DNA of 64,000 nt from Tubiluchus corallicola. Its lineage: Eukaryota > Animalia > Priapulida. The stretch covers positions 1 to 64,000 of the forward strand of contig JAQGDQ010000243.1 in the NCBI GenBank assembly GCA_030141605.1. Reading direction: 5' to 3'. Shown here piece after piece: positions 12,892-27,958 of the stretch. The notes under the pieces were generated by a model. It was not told the DNA's origin, ran no database searches, and saw only the letters and a program-made list of their open reading frames with translations. The first letter of the stretch is position 1, and each line of letters opens with the position of its first letter. A program made the position numbers and the translations under genes.

Positions 12892-13680
12892 AAATACGTG
12901 CATCTATGCTTTTCAGTAACCTGTCTATGTACAATTATGATCATCTGCAGAAGAAAGTTAGACCTTCGAAGAAATAAAAATAATAATGCGGAAACGCCTT
13001 TTCCATGTTCTCTTTTCGGAAGCTCCCACAATCACCTAAACTCTGGTCGATAAATTTCCATCTAAAAGCACAAATGACGGCTTGATCATACCCTTGTAAA
13101 ACTAACGGGAAGTTTGATTGGAAGAGCTCTTCCAGGGTTCGCTTCTCGTTAATCATAAATATAACCTAAATTTTTACGATCAATTTATGTAATGAAGTCT
13201 AGACTCGTTGTAATAAAAAGCTGATTAGAAAACCAACATGCATTTAATTTAAAGAGTAAAAAATTTTTCTGAAAGGTGGACAAACTTGATATGCAGTTGA
13301 ATGATCATCCAAAGCCAAATCAGGAATTAGGTCTATCGTAATTATCAGAATTATCGTAATTAACAGAAGCATAATTAAATTAATCATAATCAAATCAGCT
13401 CACAATAAATAATAAATAAGTTGGTAAACTGCTTTATAACATCGTCACACTTTCAGTGCAAAGATAATGGGAAATAGGCATCATACAGCAGGTATGTAAC
13501 AGGTTTATGTTAATTATTTACACTGCAAGATGAAATAATGGAAAACAAATTAACCGATCGACTGTAATTACTCTGTCCATGACGTTAGCTTATTATTATA
13601 GGCTATATAATGAAATAGTACTAACTAGTATATAACAAGTAGGTAGCAAGAAGCATACTTTCTTTTCATTTTATTTTCTA

Positions 13681-13754
13681 GGGAGGAGAGGGGGGGAGAG
13701 AGAGAGGAGCGAGAAAGAGAGAGAGAAGAGAGAAAGAGAGAGAGAAGAAAGAAA

Positions 13755-13807
<53 letters not shown>

Positions 13808-13840
13808 AGAGAAGAGAGAAAGAGAGAGAGAAGAGAGAAA

Positions 13841-13909
<69 letters not shown>

Positions 13910-14035
13910 GGGAGAGAGAGAGAGATGGTTTATTTTCTTGTCACTAACGTTACTAATAAGTAAGTAAGTAAGTAAGTAAGTAAATAAGTAAGTACGCAAG
14001 CAAACAAGTAAGCAAACAAATAAGTAAGTAAGTAA
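13681..14035. repeat. Degenerate (GA)n tract followed by (TAAG)n
   Basis: Direct inspection. Confidence 0.9.
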
Positions 14036-14273
14036 CTAAACGGGAACTGGCGAAATGTACAACTGACAAATAAGGTGAACTGGTAAATTCTGTGTTGTTT
14101 ACTTTTCAATAAACGTAGCTGCTAGTTGTTATTTTCTCTTACAAAATACTGAAGCATACAGATAAATGGTTTTCTTAAACTAAGAATTATTGTCCTCATA
14201 CTAACTCTGCCTGTTTTCGTGCAGTTCAGCTTGTGCTGAAGTACATGCATACCCTTTTGCATAATAGTCTTTT

Positions 14274-14495
14274 TTGTCTTGTCTTGTCTTGTCTTGTCTT
14301 GTCTTGTCTTGTCTTGTCTTGTCTTGCCTTGCCTTGCCTTGCCTTGCCTTGCCTTGCCTTGCCTTGCCTTGCCTTGCCTTGCCTTGACTTGACTTACTTG
14401 ACTTGGCTTGTCTTGTCTTGTCTTGTCTTGTCTTGTCTTGTCTTGTCTTGTCTTGTCTTGTCTTGTCTTGTCTTGTCTTGTCTTGTCTTGTCTTG
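14274..14495. repeat. Compound (TCTTG)n/(CCTTG)n pentanucleotide repeat
   Basis: Direct inspection. Confidence 0.97.
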
Positions 14496-15340
14496 TTTTG
14501 TTTTTGTTTATAATAATTACTGTTTACTTCTTCGTACATGTAATATAAAATGCATGAAAATTAACTAATTAAATAAATAGATAAATTTAACAATTAAATT
14601 TCATTACTTTTGAAGCAATTGTTACTGTTTGGTCTTGTTCAATTCCTCTAACGCAAATACGGCTATTATTCGTATGATCTGCATTTATTTTAATGACACA
14701 TCCAGACCCAATCCATGATTAATTCAGGTCAAAAGTTTTCAAAATATTTACAACTTAGATGTGCAGGATTAAATTAGGCGAGTAATGTTTTCGTTTCACG
14801 ACATCCAAGCTGGCATGCTTATTTACAGTATGAATCGGAGCTGGGCCAACATGAAGTTAACCAAATAGCTAGTCTATTTTCTATATTCAAACATCTGGTC
14901 TTAAAACTAAATCAGAAAATAAAGCGCCATGACTTTTTATCACTAAGCTATTGCAAATTTTTTATTCAGTAATTTAGATATTGTGCAGTCTATTAAAACG
15001 TACAAATTATATGTATGTAATATTATGTAATATTATTAAAATGCTACATTATGGTACTGCATAATATAAAATATATATAATATACTATAAAATATCATGT
15101 TACTCTATAAAAAGCGGACACACATACACGTTGCGTCATTTGTCAACCCTGATGTGCTCAAAGTTTATTAAAATTATCACTTTTAAATTGAATTCAATTA
15201 CAATTACTTAAATTATTATTGCCAGTTGATAGTGGTTTGTGGATTAAACCAAAACGTTCTGTTTTAAATAAATAAACTTATTAAATTAAATGAAACATCA
15301 ATTAGCTATCAGTAATACTTAGCACACCCTGTTTACAAAT

Positions 15341-15960
15341 TATTATTATTATTATTCTTTATTTAAAATTTAAAATTATACGTATATACAAATATTTACA
15401 TAAAATACATACAGTGACCCTCTATTTGCAGGGAATGGTTAAAAACTTTGTAAATAAAATAGGTATTATATTCGTAAGACTTTTATATACCAATAAATCA
15501 CGGATATACCAATAATGTAAAAGAACAACTAAAATCAAATAGTACCAGTTTACACAAAACGACGTGTATAATATAAAAGTGACTAGTAACAGATATAATA
15601 CAAAAGTTCAATATTTTATGCTAAAGTTTGTAAAAACGAATCACAAACTAACTAAGTGAAAGCATCTAGCAGGTTTTTGTCACGAGAGGTATAAATTTTA
15701 CTAATGTTCTGAGATTGTAGGACATTTGCGAGCGCTAATCTTTTATTTTCATCGACAAGAGTACAATTAAAAAGCAAATGTTCAACTGTTTGTGCGTCCT
15801 CTGAACATATACTGGCATTTTCATGTACGTATCCAATTTTAAAAAGAAAATCTTTAAAGTTACCTTGTCCTAGTAAAATGCTACAAGATAGTTTTTCTAG
15901 ACTTCTGCTACCTGTATGAAAAGGAAGGTCTAGTGGAGTTAAAAATGCATTTTCAGGAAG
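15341..15960 (-). mobile_element. LINE 3' fragment with C-terminal zinc-knuckle remnant (I/R1/Nimb-like group) and (TAA)n tail
   Basis: Minus frame reads ILLGQGNFKDFLFKIGYVHENASICSEDAQTVEHLLFNC, followed by AATAAA and (TAA)n at ~15341-15365. Confidence 0.7.
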
Positions 15961-16587
15961 AATAGATAACCCCAGTACATAAACTGTTTACAAAGGTAAA
16001 TGGGTTTTTTGATACTATAAAATCGCAAAACACCCTGCTTCTTAATTGTTCTACACACTAATGGCTAGGCTTTACAAAGTGGTAATTTGTTCAATTTATT
16101 ATATGATAACTAAAATTTGAACAAAACAGCTAACGGTCCGTCTTCGTAAATAATTTTTCTCCTGTAAGCTGCATTTGTCATCATTATGTTCTCTGTGTGC
16201 GATGTGAAGAAAACGCTTATGAAAAGGCGAATTTTCTTCCCCTTATTTATTACTTTTTGATTAGAAAAATTGCATCAGGTCTAATCATTCTCGCCTTCAT
16301 ATACAGCTGCTGCTAAAAGATGACCGTGCGAAAAATCTGTCGACAACACTTAATGTGAAAAAATGGATCATGAAGAATAGGTGATTTAAACCCCCCACAA
16401 GGCAGCTATTTTTCCACTATTCACTTCATGTAGCGGCTTTTGCCAATTCAGGCGCATACAGAATGAACAGATGCCAAAAATATAAAAGAAAGAAGAAAAA
16501 TGAAGCGTTCTCTTGGGAATTGAACTCCGGTTTTCGTCGAGAGAACAGACTCGGTCCTATCTACAATATTAGAAATAAGCTTATAAT

Positions 16588-17035
16588 CAGGCCCTATTTC
16601 AGGGGGGGGGGGTTAGTGGGATACTTCCCCTGGGCCTTACCCTCCACGGAGGCCTCGCACCGAGGTAATATTTTTTTGCTTTATGGGAACATACTGCTTC
16701 TTCTCTCTCTCTTGCCGCACGAGCGCCGTTTGCCTCGTTTTCAATTTCGGAATTTCTAACACCGACTTGTACGGAAGTGAGAGTACGTTATGACATATTG
16801 CAAAGATGTTGTTTTTGATTTGACTATTTGACAAGTATTAAGGACTGGTCTTGAGAATAAAGCAGTTTTTCCTTCAATTGTTCTTTCCTTTAACAACTGT
16901 ATAACTCCATATTTTCTCTTCGAAAATGCTTCTCCGGCATTCTAGCAGTTCAACCATGGTGGCGCCCCCCCCTCCCCGAGGGAGGCCTCACACGCCCGAC
17001 TTCCCCGGGCCTCGCTTAGGCTGAAATAGGCCCTG
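16588..17035. mobile_element. hAT-type MITE, intact
   Basis: TIRs CAGGCCCTATTTCAG / CTGAAATAGGCCCTG; perfect 8-bp TSD CTTATAAT at 16580-16587 and 17036-17043. Confidence 0.9.
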
Positions 17036-17560
17036 CTTATAATATAATATTAATAATATCTGTCTATAATATTGCATTGAATATCTATCTATAATATAAT
17101 ATATTGCATTTGTATGTTACTTCACAGGAAACTTGCTGCATTAATAACCTTGATGTTAGCACGCACTTCAATAGTTCTTGTTTAATATCACTGTAAGAAA
17201 TGTTATACGCACAAATTAGAAAAGCTAATTACAGAATCCGCAAATGTAATATTGTAGAATTCACTCTGTATAGTGTCCATGTAAAACTGTATAATGTTAG
17301 TACAGATATTTTTGTCTGCAAAAAGAGGCTAATAAAGACTTATCATCATCATCATCATCATATCTATAATATTAGAAAGAACAAAGGCTATCATTAGTAG
17401 CAATATCTCCGTAGAAAATCTCAAAATGTCACCTCACACGTACTTGCCTTAAAAATCTGAGTGGATGGATACGACGATATCAGACGAAAGTTTTTTGAGT
17501 GCGCCTTATTGATTTAAAAACGCATTTGACAAAGGCTACAGGTTCTTCCTGTTTATAAGA

Positions 17561-17685
17561 CATTTTCGAAGAGAAAATATGGAGTAATACAGTTGTTAAA
17601 GGAAAGAACAATTGAAAGAAAAACTGCTTTATTCTCAAGACCACTCCTTAATACTTGTCAATACTGGCAAACGACGCGCGTGCGG

Positions 17686-17727
<42 letters not shown>

Positions 17728-17839
17728 GAGGCAGTATGTTTGCATAACGCAAAAAATGTTACCTTGGCGCGAGGCCCCCCTGGAGGGTGAGGCCCCGGGG
17801 AAGTATCCCCACTTACCCACCCCCCTGAAATAGGCCCTG
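17561..17839 (-). mobile_element. Left half of the same hAT MITE family, inverted
   Basis: Reverse complement of 16588-~16930, ending in CTGAAATAGGCCCTG. Confidence 0.85.
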
Positions 17840-17963
17840 CTTCCTAGTTATCGTTTCCACAAATAGACTCACTTTGGGACAGAAGTGTTTTGACCCAATT
17901 AACCGACTGAGTCAGTTAGCGGAAGGGTTTAGTATATTATTGCTATACAAGTATGAGTCATCA

Positions 17964-18124
17964 CCATATTTTCTCTTCGAAAATACTTCTCCGACGTTCT
18001 AGCAGTTCAAAAAATTTTTGGGCGCCAACCAGGGTTTCGCCCGCCCCCGGCGCTTCGCCCCCCCCCTGAGGTGGCCTCACACGCTCCACTTCCCCGGGCC
18101 TCGCTTAAGCTGAAATTGGCCCTG
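17964..18124 (+). mobile_element. Right half of the same hAT MITE family
   Basis: Matches 16907-17035, ending CTGAAATTGGCCCTG. Confidence 0.85.
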
Positions 18125-19532
18125 CCGCTAAATATAAGGTGTGTTGTTTACTATTTTAGTCCACTCTTGCTTAATCATTTTATAAATGTTTATTTTTGAC
18201 AACTGATGCAACCCACGTATGTGTTAAGTAACTATTATTTACAGTCAATACTGCAACCTATTGATGCGCTAATTTTGTCTGCTTCTCAGGCAGTTTGAAA
18301 GGATACTGTAATTAATGTGTACTGAGTTTAAATATAGAAAAAACAAAAAATAGCTTTTTAATAAAGAGTGCGTGACAAATTTTTCCTACAGGCACGAAAG
18401 TGTTGAAGTCGTCCAAAACTGCACTTAATCGTGTGCGTATATAAATCTTAATGCATTTTCATGATTTGCAACGACAAGAGAAAAATTGTAAACTTATATG
18501 TAACAAAATATTTTCGTTTCAGCCATACTTTCCTGATAATTTAGATTTTAGTGTATTAACCCATTTATTCGATAGATAAATAAAGTTAATCGGGCTATGT
18601 ACGGCTCTAAACACACATCTCCTTTTCGACGGCGGCACCATTTGCGACGATCTATACATCAAACGAAAGGTCTCGATCTAGTGTCGTTCCATTGGGGGTT
18701 TATTTTTCGAATCGGGCCCACCGTGAGGAACGGGGGGCAAAAAACCTCCAAAAATGGCCATTTTTCGGCCGTTTTTTGCAAACTTTATACGTCTGACATC
18801 TAAAGAACGGGAACGGGCCGAGGGCGATGCTGGCCATGGAAAGATCGTTCCACGTTCGGCAGTGGGTGTCAGAGGCGTATTTAGAATTTGCGAGAGGGCC
18901 ACGGCGTCCCGCAACGGGCGTTTTCCCGGACCCAACTCGCGATTTTTTCGAAATTTATGGTCAAATGATCTAAGTGTCTAAAATGTTCTACGCATGCGGA
19001 AAAAACGTTCTAGCGGCGCCTGGTGGGACTCTCGGAAGAAGATATATGGCTCTTTAGAAAGAGGAAGAATAGGGCTACACGATAATGTGGGCTGTATGTT
19101 AGGACACGTCCACCAAGAGGAGTGACGACGAGTTAATTAGATGTTCCATTTTTGGCAATTTTTGCTTGGAAAATTGCTGACACAAAGCCATTGTTCTGAC
19201 GTCATCCATTATACTCTGCTATAACCTTATAACTTTAATTCAGTAAAAGCTGCTACTGCTGGCTTTGCGTTAGGTAAATAAACGAACACTAGGTAGGATG
19301 TTCGCGTATTTTTGATTATAAGTGGATTTATACGCAAATTTTTTTGCGGTGCCTTTGCTAGTTGAAAAAGAATGCGACTTGTAGAAAAGCTATGTTTTCA
19401 TGGAACTGATCAATATGAACTTATATAAGGTCATTCTTGGCGTCAATACTATTCTGTTAATCTTTGCTGCTGTCAGGACAAACTTGTCCGTTAGTCGCAA
19501 TTATCAAATATTGGCTTAACATATTAAATTCT

Positions 19533-19902
19533 TGTTGTGGAGATCGCTGGCATCTATTAGAATTAAATAGAACATTGTAGAATGTTCCGTTAGAATAATC
19601 GTCTTACCGTGTAGAATGTTCTGGAAAGAAACTTCTAGAAGCTTCTCGGGCACGCTATATAAGGCGAAGCAGGCCGCTGAGAGAGACACACAGATTCACA
19701 CGGATGCACACTTACCCATTCTCTTGTATACCTGTATTTTCAGATACACTCAAACGTTTGCCAAATTTTCACGTTTACGGTAAACATTTCGCGTTCCTTC
19801 AAACTTTTGTATGGTAGAATTCTCGCTTAATAAACTATTTTAATTTGACGAAGTGTTTTCTGGTTTTCTCTATGAGCCTTCCGAGAGAAACAAAACACAA
19901 CA
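19533..19902 (+). mobile_element. Solo LTR (370 bp)
   Basis: Inverted termini TGTTGTG...CACAACA; TATATAAG at 19656; AATAAA near 19829; 5-bp TSD ATTCT/ATTAT (1 mismatch). Confidence 0.8.
19569..19663 (+). promoter_or_regulatory. Heat-shock element (nGAAn inverted array) cluster plus TATA box inside the LTR
   Basis: aGAAc-aTTGt-aGAAt-gTTCc (19569), aGAAt-gTTCt-gGAAa (19613), cTTCt-aGAAg-cTTCt (19632), then TATATAAG. Confidence 0.65.
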
Positions 19903-21054
19903 ATTATCTGCAAGACGTCATTAGTATACCAAACTTACTTTGATAACAGAAAAATCCGCGATCAAAACGCAAAGTACATTATTGTTCGCAAAGAACGTAC
20001 TATTTCAAGGGGAAGTCAGCGCTAAATCGTTTTCGAATGCTTTAAAATAATTATGGAGAAACTTCAAAACAATTATAAAACTGCCGCAGACAGAACATTA
20101 ACAGTAAATATACAAAGCACACGAAATAATAAACAACGAACGTACTCTCAATTTAAACGAGACTTCAGTCTAGAAAACTACGCACTGTTCATAACAACTA
20201 CAGCGGCTTAGGAACTGCCGAATTACAATGACGAAAACCCAGCAAGGCGGAGCATAAAAATTTAACATATCCATGAGTTGAAACCGAATGTGGTTGTAAG
20301 TTGGCGAGTGGTTATGGTTACTTCTGTACTGTGTGTCTGACTATCTGGATAGTATACTAAATGCAGCAAATGCGTTGTATAACATGTGCGGTATTGTGTG
20401 CCTGGTCCACGCGACAAATATATCAGCGGCAACTGTAATTCAAGCGTGCCATTGGTCAAAATACATTCTTGTGTGTTATAAACTGATACAGCTTTGCTGC
20501 TATAGAAAGATAATCAAGTTGCTTCAGCAAAACTTTAGTTAAAGCATTTTTGAGCACACAGGATTAAATTGTGGTGTGAATCTGGTGTTGGACAAAAATC
20601 TCATGGGCTGCCTCTTAGTGGAACTATATACAGGTTTAAACCAATTGTAGTATGAGACCTGTATATCATTCAGAGTTAACCTACAAGTAATATTGTATGT
20701 GCATCCGCGTGCAGTGGTAACACATTCCGGATGTCTGATAAATGCTGCTCTATGCTGAGACTCCTATAACGTGCAACAAAATATAAGCTAAAGTTTCAAA
20801 AACTTGTTCAATTTCATTATTTATTTTATTGTATCATTCAAATTTCATCCGAAAATTCGTTATGAAAAATAAATCAGTTATTCTGCCGGCTACCTCGTTA
20901 TTCTTTGACTATAATCAAAATTTATTCTTTACAGTTTTGTCAGTGGCGCCTGGGATAATTACTCCCTGTGGTCATCCCTCACGCTTCCGAAAAATCAGAA
21001 AGCATCAAGTCTTCTGTATGGCGATGAAACACAGTCTCATAAGAAATGAACGTG

Positions 21055-21610
21055 CATAAGTCATGTCATAAGTCATTTATTTCACATTACACATTTACAA
21101 TAGTTTCATGTACAATATCTAGTGAAAGGGCTTACAATGAACATAATACAAATAAGAAATACTGCACAGGAAAAGCCTCAAACACTGTTCACCTATACAC
21201 GAAGGTAAATGTGTTGCGGGCAGTCAAAAAGCAAGGCTTGTTAGATTGTCCCACACAGTGATAGAAAAAAATAATGGAAATAATCTGAAAATTTAAGTGA
21301 ATCGTATGATAAAAAAACATTAGTGCTTAAAATGGAATGATGTAATGAATGAAGCTCATATATGGGATGATATAAAAGATAGAAAGACTATTATTTGTTA
21401 ATAGTATGTAAAATTAAGATAACTTGATTAAGCTAACACCACTGTTTTGCAACTACTGTGAGGATGGATACTTGATTACTCACTGATACTTACTTAAAAT
21501 TTGATTTGACAAATTTGATTGATTTGATTGACAAATCTCATTCCAGACTTTTGGTCCTTGATATATTATAAAATGCTTAGCTATGTTGTCAAAGCATATT
21601 ACGTGTCTTC
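21055..21610 (-). mobile_element. Degraded CR1/L2-group LINE 3' fragment
   Basis: Minus frame HFIIYQGPKVWNEI near 21535-21577; AATAAA and a short ATGAC-like tail at ~21055-21082. Confidence 0.55.
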
Positions 21611-22058
21611 CATTGTACAACATGGTAATGCGTGTCTAAGCTCCAATTCAACATCCAAACAGACTGAATTAGAAATTACTGCTGCTGTAGAAATGTGGCT
21701 ATATAGCTAACGTTTTTATTCTTCGTCGTTTAGGGTTCTGTCTTACGCCTAATCCACTGCTTCTGGTTCTACTTTGAGCAAATAGATTAAAAATGGCCAC
21801 AACGTTTAACGAACGTGGAAAGCATGTGCCTTCAAACAGGAAACAGAAGTTGCAGCACTCGTAGAGAAGAAAACATAAACAGAAAATGTGCACTTTGAAT
21901 CTTCCGAGAATTTCTGCAGGTGCTGTTTTTGCTACTGGGTCCAAATCTTTTTCAAAATGCTTTAGTTGCTTCTTATTACATAAGTTTCTGCACAAATTTG
22001 GCCAAACTTGTCTGGGCAACTTTGTAATAAATCGGTTAGATTACGTCAGAGTTGGATC

Positions 22059-22950
<892 letters not shown>

Positions 22951-23537
22951 TTTAAAGTAAAAACAGAGAAAACTAAGTGTTGGGCACAGAACAAATGTTT
23001 CGTGCTTTCTGTCACGATTAACGCGTATGTGTGAACCAACTGCACTCTTTCGAGCCTTTAAAGTGTTAAGATGCCAGAATGCAAAAAGAGCAGTTCCTTT
23101 AGTTCCAGACCTCTGGCTTCATTACAGGCGCATAAGATTTCTCAAGATTCCCAACCACTTGAGATATGAGAATGTTACACGTGATTGCTTTCGTATCTGC
23201 GTCTTAACTATCACCACGCACGACATATCGCAATAACATCTTCAACTTTCTAAGTAAACTTCCATTTCTCAGATCTTATTCATCTGCACACGAAATGCAA
23301 ATCAAAGCTACTTCGGATGATTTCGTGCGCGATCATAGTGCTGTATAGATATTTATGACCAACATTTTATGGTGAATACGGCATATTTATGGGGGGTAAT
23401 ACACGAGCTATGGTAGTTAATATTGGAATGGATAGGAAGAAAATAGTGTGCAAAGTAGATGAACTTTTTCAACTGTTTCAATAATCATAGTAACAACATT
23501 ATCTTAGCTATCCTCTTGTACAATTGCTGTTTGTCTT

Positions 23538-23945
<408 letters not shown>

Positions 23946-24326
23946 TATCAATCATCGTAATTATAAGTAGACCGAACGAAAATATTAATCACTGTCATCA
24001 TTTTCCCTTCTCGGTCTACCTTGTTTACATAAACTTTTAACTAACTTTTCTAGAATAAATTATGAAGAGGGGATTCTTGAATAGCTCAGCTCGATACAAA
24101 GCTAGTCTTACAACGAGTAAACAAACTAACAGCACATACACGGCGGTTACCAGGAAACAGTAACCCTGCAGAGGCTAGCGTGGCGGGTTCGAATCCAGGT
24201 CTGGATTTTTCGTAATTCAGCAAAAACCCGCAGTTTTGACAGATCCATCAGTTTTGAGCTTATGCAGCAACACAAAATACGTTTAGGAACTTGCAAAATA
24301 AAAATACAAGCCGTTGTTTTAAATAA

Positions 24327-24900
24327 ACGAATGAATGAATGAACGGATGAATGAATGGCTAAATGAATAAAAGAAAGAATAAATAAATCAGTCATAAACA
24401 ATCGCTCGATGATTGCGTGTAAGTAAGAAATGAGTGAGTGAATGAATGAATGAATGAATGAATGAATGAATGAATGAACGAATGAACGAATGAACGAGTG
24501 AACGAAAGAGCGAACGAACGAATGAATTAAATAAATCAGTCATAAACAATCGCTCGATGATTTCGTGTATGTAAGAAATGAGTGAATGAATGAATGAATG
24601 AATGAATGAATGAATGAATGAATGAATGAAAGAGCGAACGAACGAATGAACGAATGAACGAGTGAACGAGTGAACGAGTGAACAAATGAACGAGTGAACG
24701 AGTGAACGAATGAATGAATGAATGAATGAATGAATGAATGAATGAATGAATGAATGAATGAATGAATGAATGAACGAACGAACGAACGAACGAACGAACG
24801 AACGAACGAAAGAAAGAAAGAAAGAATGAATGATGAATGAATGAATGAATGAATGAATGGTTCACTGAGTAAATTGATAAACTAGCGAACGAATGAACGA
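24327..24900. repeat. (GAAT)n/(GAAC)n compound microsatellite with an internal ~148-bp duplication
   Basis: AATAAATCAGTCATAAACAATCGCTCGATGATT occurs near 24382 and 24530. Confidence 0.9.
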
Positions 24901-25810
24901 AGAAGAAAATGAGTCAGCCCATCAAGAAGAAAATGAGTCAGCCCATCAAAATACTAATCTCAACAAGCTACACAACTTCAACACCATCAACTACATGCGA
25001 CACAGTTATATGTAATACATCAGAGAGAAATTGTTCTTAGACTTACCTGCAAAAAAACTGTTTCAAACTTTCACTTTTTCTGCGTGACAAGAAGCACACT
25101 AACAACACTGATTTTCCCGCTCCTTTTTAAATCAACTTCGTCTTATAACGTTTTTAAACACATTGCCTTTTAGTCGCTTCTTTCTTGAATCCGAATGTCT
25201 TGAAGTTTGAAGCTACCTGAAAATGCAAAAACGTTAAGCTTCAAATATTATGAAAACTAAATGAAAACGACCAATTTTCTCCAAATCTTAAGCTTCTCTG
25301 CATTTCACCGGTAAACAACAGTTTACCGAACATCTTGTAATGATTTACGGCTGGCAACGTACATGAATGAACGGCAATCCAAGTCTGGCTTGCAAAGCTG
25401 AACAATTGCGGTGAACATCTGACGACTTGACTTCAGTCTCTGGCTTCTTCTACTTCTAGCCTGCCCAGCAGAGTGCAGTTGCTGTCCATGGCTTCACGTT
25501 CAGCGCCGCAGAATCTCTCTCTAACCTCACAACCCGCTGAGAGGCAACGTTTGCCAGACAGAAGCCGTCAGGAGTTATAAGGGCAATTTGCGGAGTGCTA
25601 TTCTGCAGACAAATGTTAAAAGCTTTGTCAGGAAAAATTTGCATCATGTAGAGTCATGAACTTGGTTAAATGGCTATTCAAAACTGTACAGACTTTCACT
25701 GTCCTACAAAATAACTGAAATTCCTAGTTTAAATAATTGTTTTTATTAACATTACTAAATAATACAATGATAAAACATAATGCGTTTCGTATAAATAAAT
25801 AATGTATAAT

Positions 25811-26107
25811 AATAAAAATATTATTATACTAGAGGGGAAGTTTTTGAAAATGAAAAACAACAAATCATGATTGAGTGATCAGTTATATGTTTCAAGTAAG
25901 TTTAATTTATAATTTTTTTAAATATGGACAGCGAGTTGGCATTTTTAATAGCTGGAGCGATTGAATTCCATATGTAAGGGCCATTGTATTTAATAGAAAA
26001 TTTTCTAACATTTGCGTTGCACTGTATGTAGTGATAGTTAAGTCTATAACGTGTACTAAATAACTATTTTTGTAATATTGCTCAATATGCATTGACCATA
26101 TGTTATT
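25811..26107 (-). mobile_element. CR1/L2-group LINE 3' fragment, family B, copy 1
   Basis: Minus frame YIQCNANVRKFSIKYNGPYIWNSIAPAIKNANSLSIFKK; near-identical to copies at 26641, 52824 and 60627. Confidence 0.85.
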
Positions 26108-26640
26108 AAGACGATAAATAATACTAAATGATTGAAACAGGTCTAACAGGTTGAAATGTAAACTGTCATAAAGTGCTACAAAATTTTAGCAGCCAGAAGA
26201 AAACGACAAAACATGTGCTGGAAAGAAAGAAGTGTTGAAGTTAATAAATGAACGATGTTGGGGTAATATAATAAACACGATGTAGACAAAGTGGAGATGA
26301 CTTTTCGGTTGAGATGCGGAAACATTATTTATTACACTGGTAACAAGGAAAGACGAATTGTGTTGACCAGTGTCTCGGCCAAATATCAAATTTTTCTCAA
26401 GAAGATTGGGCCATGAGGTAGTGTAACTAAACACGATATTAAACACATGTCAAGAATGAATGTGAGCTGATTCTAGTTGATGAAATCATGAGAGAACTCA
26501 GCCTGAATCCTACTGATTTACCACTTTAATTTATTCATTTATAAATTGTCACATAAGAGCTACTGAGTTCAGGAGCATGACTAAAATGGTACGCTGATCT
26601 GCCCTTACTACCCTTCTGCTAAGGCAAAGACTGCCAATAA

Positions 26641-27170
26641 ATTAGATTTTAGATTTTTTTAGATTTAATAGATTTACTTCGCAATAAACGTATACATTAC
26701 ATGTGCATCGATAATCAGTTTTTGTTAATACAAAATTATGATTCAATTCATGAATTCTGCGCTAGAGACCTAAGAGCTAGCTTATGGTAGGCCACTAGAA
26801 TTAGTTACGAAAAAAATTACAATACATACAGATACAATATTACAAAATATACAGATTTATACAGGTGGGAAGTTATAAAAATATTATTATACTAGAGGGG
26901 AACTTTTCGAAAATGAAAAACAACAAATCATGATTGAGTGATCAGTTATACGTTTCAAGTAAGTTTAATTTATAATTTTTTTAAATATGAACAGCGAGTT
27001 GGCATTTTTAATAACTGGAGCAATTGAATTCCATATGTAAGGGCCATTGTATTTAATAGAAAATTTTCTAACATTTGTGTTGCACTGTATGTAGTGATAG
27101 TTAAGTCTATAACATGTACTAAATAACTATTTTTGTAATATTGTTCAATGTCCATCGGCCATATGTTATT
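26641..27170 (-). mobile_element. LINE family B, copy 2 with full 3'UTR and ATCTA-type tail
   Basis: Near-identical to the other family B copies. Confidence 0.85.
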
Positions 27171-27736
27171 CAGATTCAGGCAGGTCGGATATCATTGAAC
27201 ATTCACGTGACAATAATTGTTGTATCATTAAATTGCAACGCGATTTGCATCTCCATGGAAGGAGGTAGCTAAACCGCAGAGTAGAAGTCGGAATACTTGA
27301 TACAATACGAAACGAATTAGCTATACTAGTTTTTCCAAAACTATGTTTATTAATGTGCGCTTTCCGTGTTATTGCCATGAAAACTTACTCTTGGAATATA
27401 CTAATAAATTGTCTGTTCGTATAGGCTGTTAACGTAATCTTATCTGTATGTGTTATGAATGAGGATTAATGATCTATGTTATTATATTAATGTAGTTATT
27501 ATCTGTGATAAGACAAACTTTTTTACGTTATCTGCTGGTCACGTCAAGAGTTAGTAATTAGCATTCAGTCGAGTTTGAATAAAAGCTGTTTACCAGAGAT
27601 TTGCTGAATAGCTTTCGTAAGACGTTTTCTGCGCATGCCCCAGGTGTAATATACAGGGGATTTTCTCACAGACCCGCGTCATTCGCAGCTAAAATATTGA
27701 GCTAATATCTCTGTCTCTTCAATGACTTGTTATTGT

Positions 27737-27958
27737 TATTGGTATTGTTATTAGTGTTGTGGACTTGATATAGCAGTGTGGCCTATGAAGGACTGACACC
27801 ATCTGGATGGGTGCAGTGGTAGCTCGTCTTGGCAAAACTATTGAAGTTACTATTGGTATTGTTATTAGTGTTGTGGACTTGATATAGCAGTGTGGCCTAT
27901 GAAGGACTGACACGATCTGGATGGGTGCAGTGGTAGCTCGTCTTGGCAAAATCTATTG
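27737..27958. repeat. 114-bp tandem duplication (2 copies)
   Basis: TATTGGTATTGTTATTAGTGTTGTGGACTTG... occurs at 27737 and 27851. Confidence 0.9.

Noticed and set aside
21699-22019. 106-aa minus-strand ORF
   Set aside because: No recognisable motif; lies between LINE fragments
26190-26400. Very degraded RTE C-terminal fragment
   Set aside because: Multiple stops and only vague similarity; not supportable by eye
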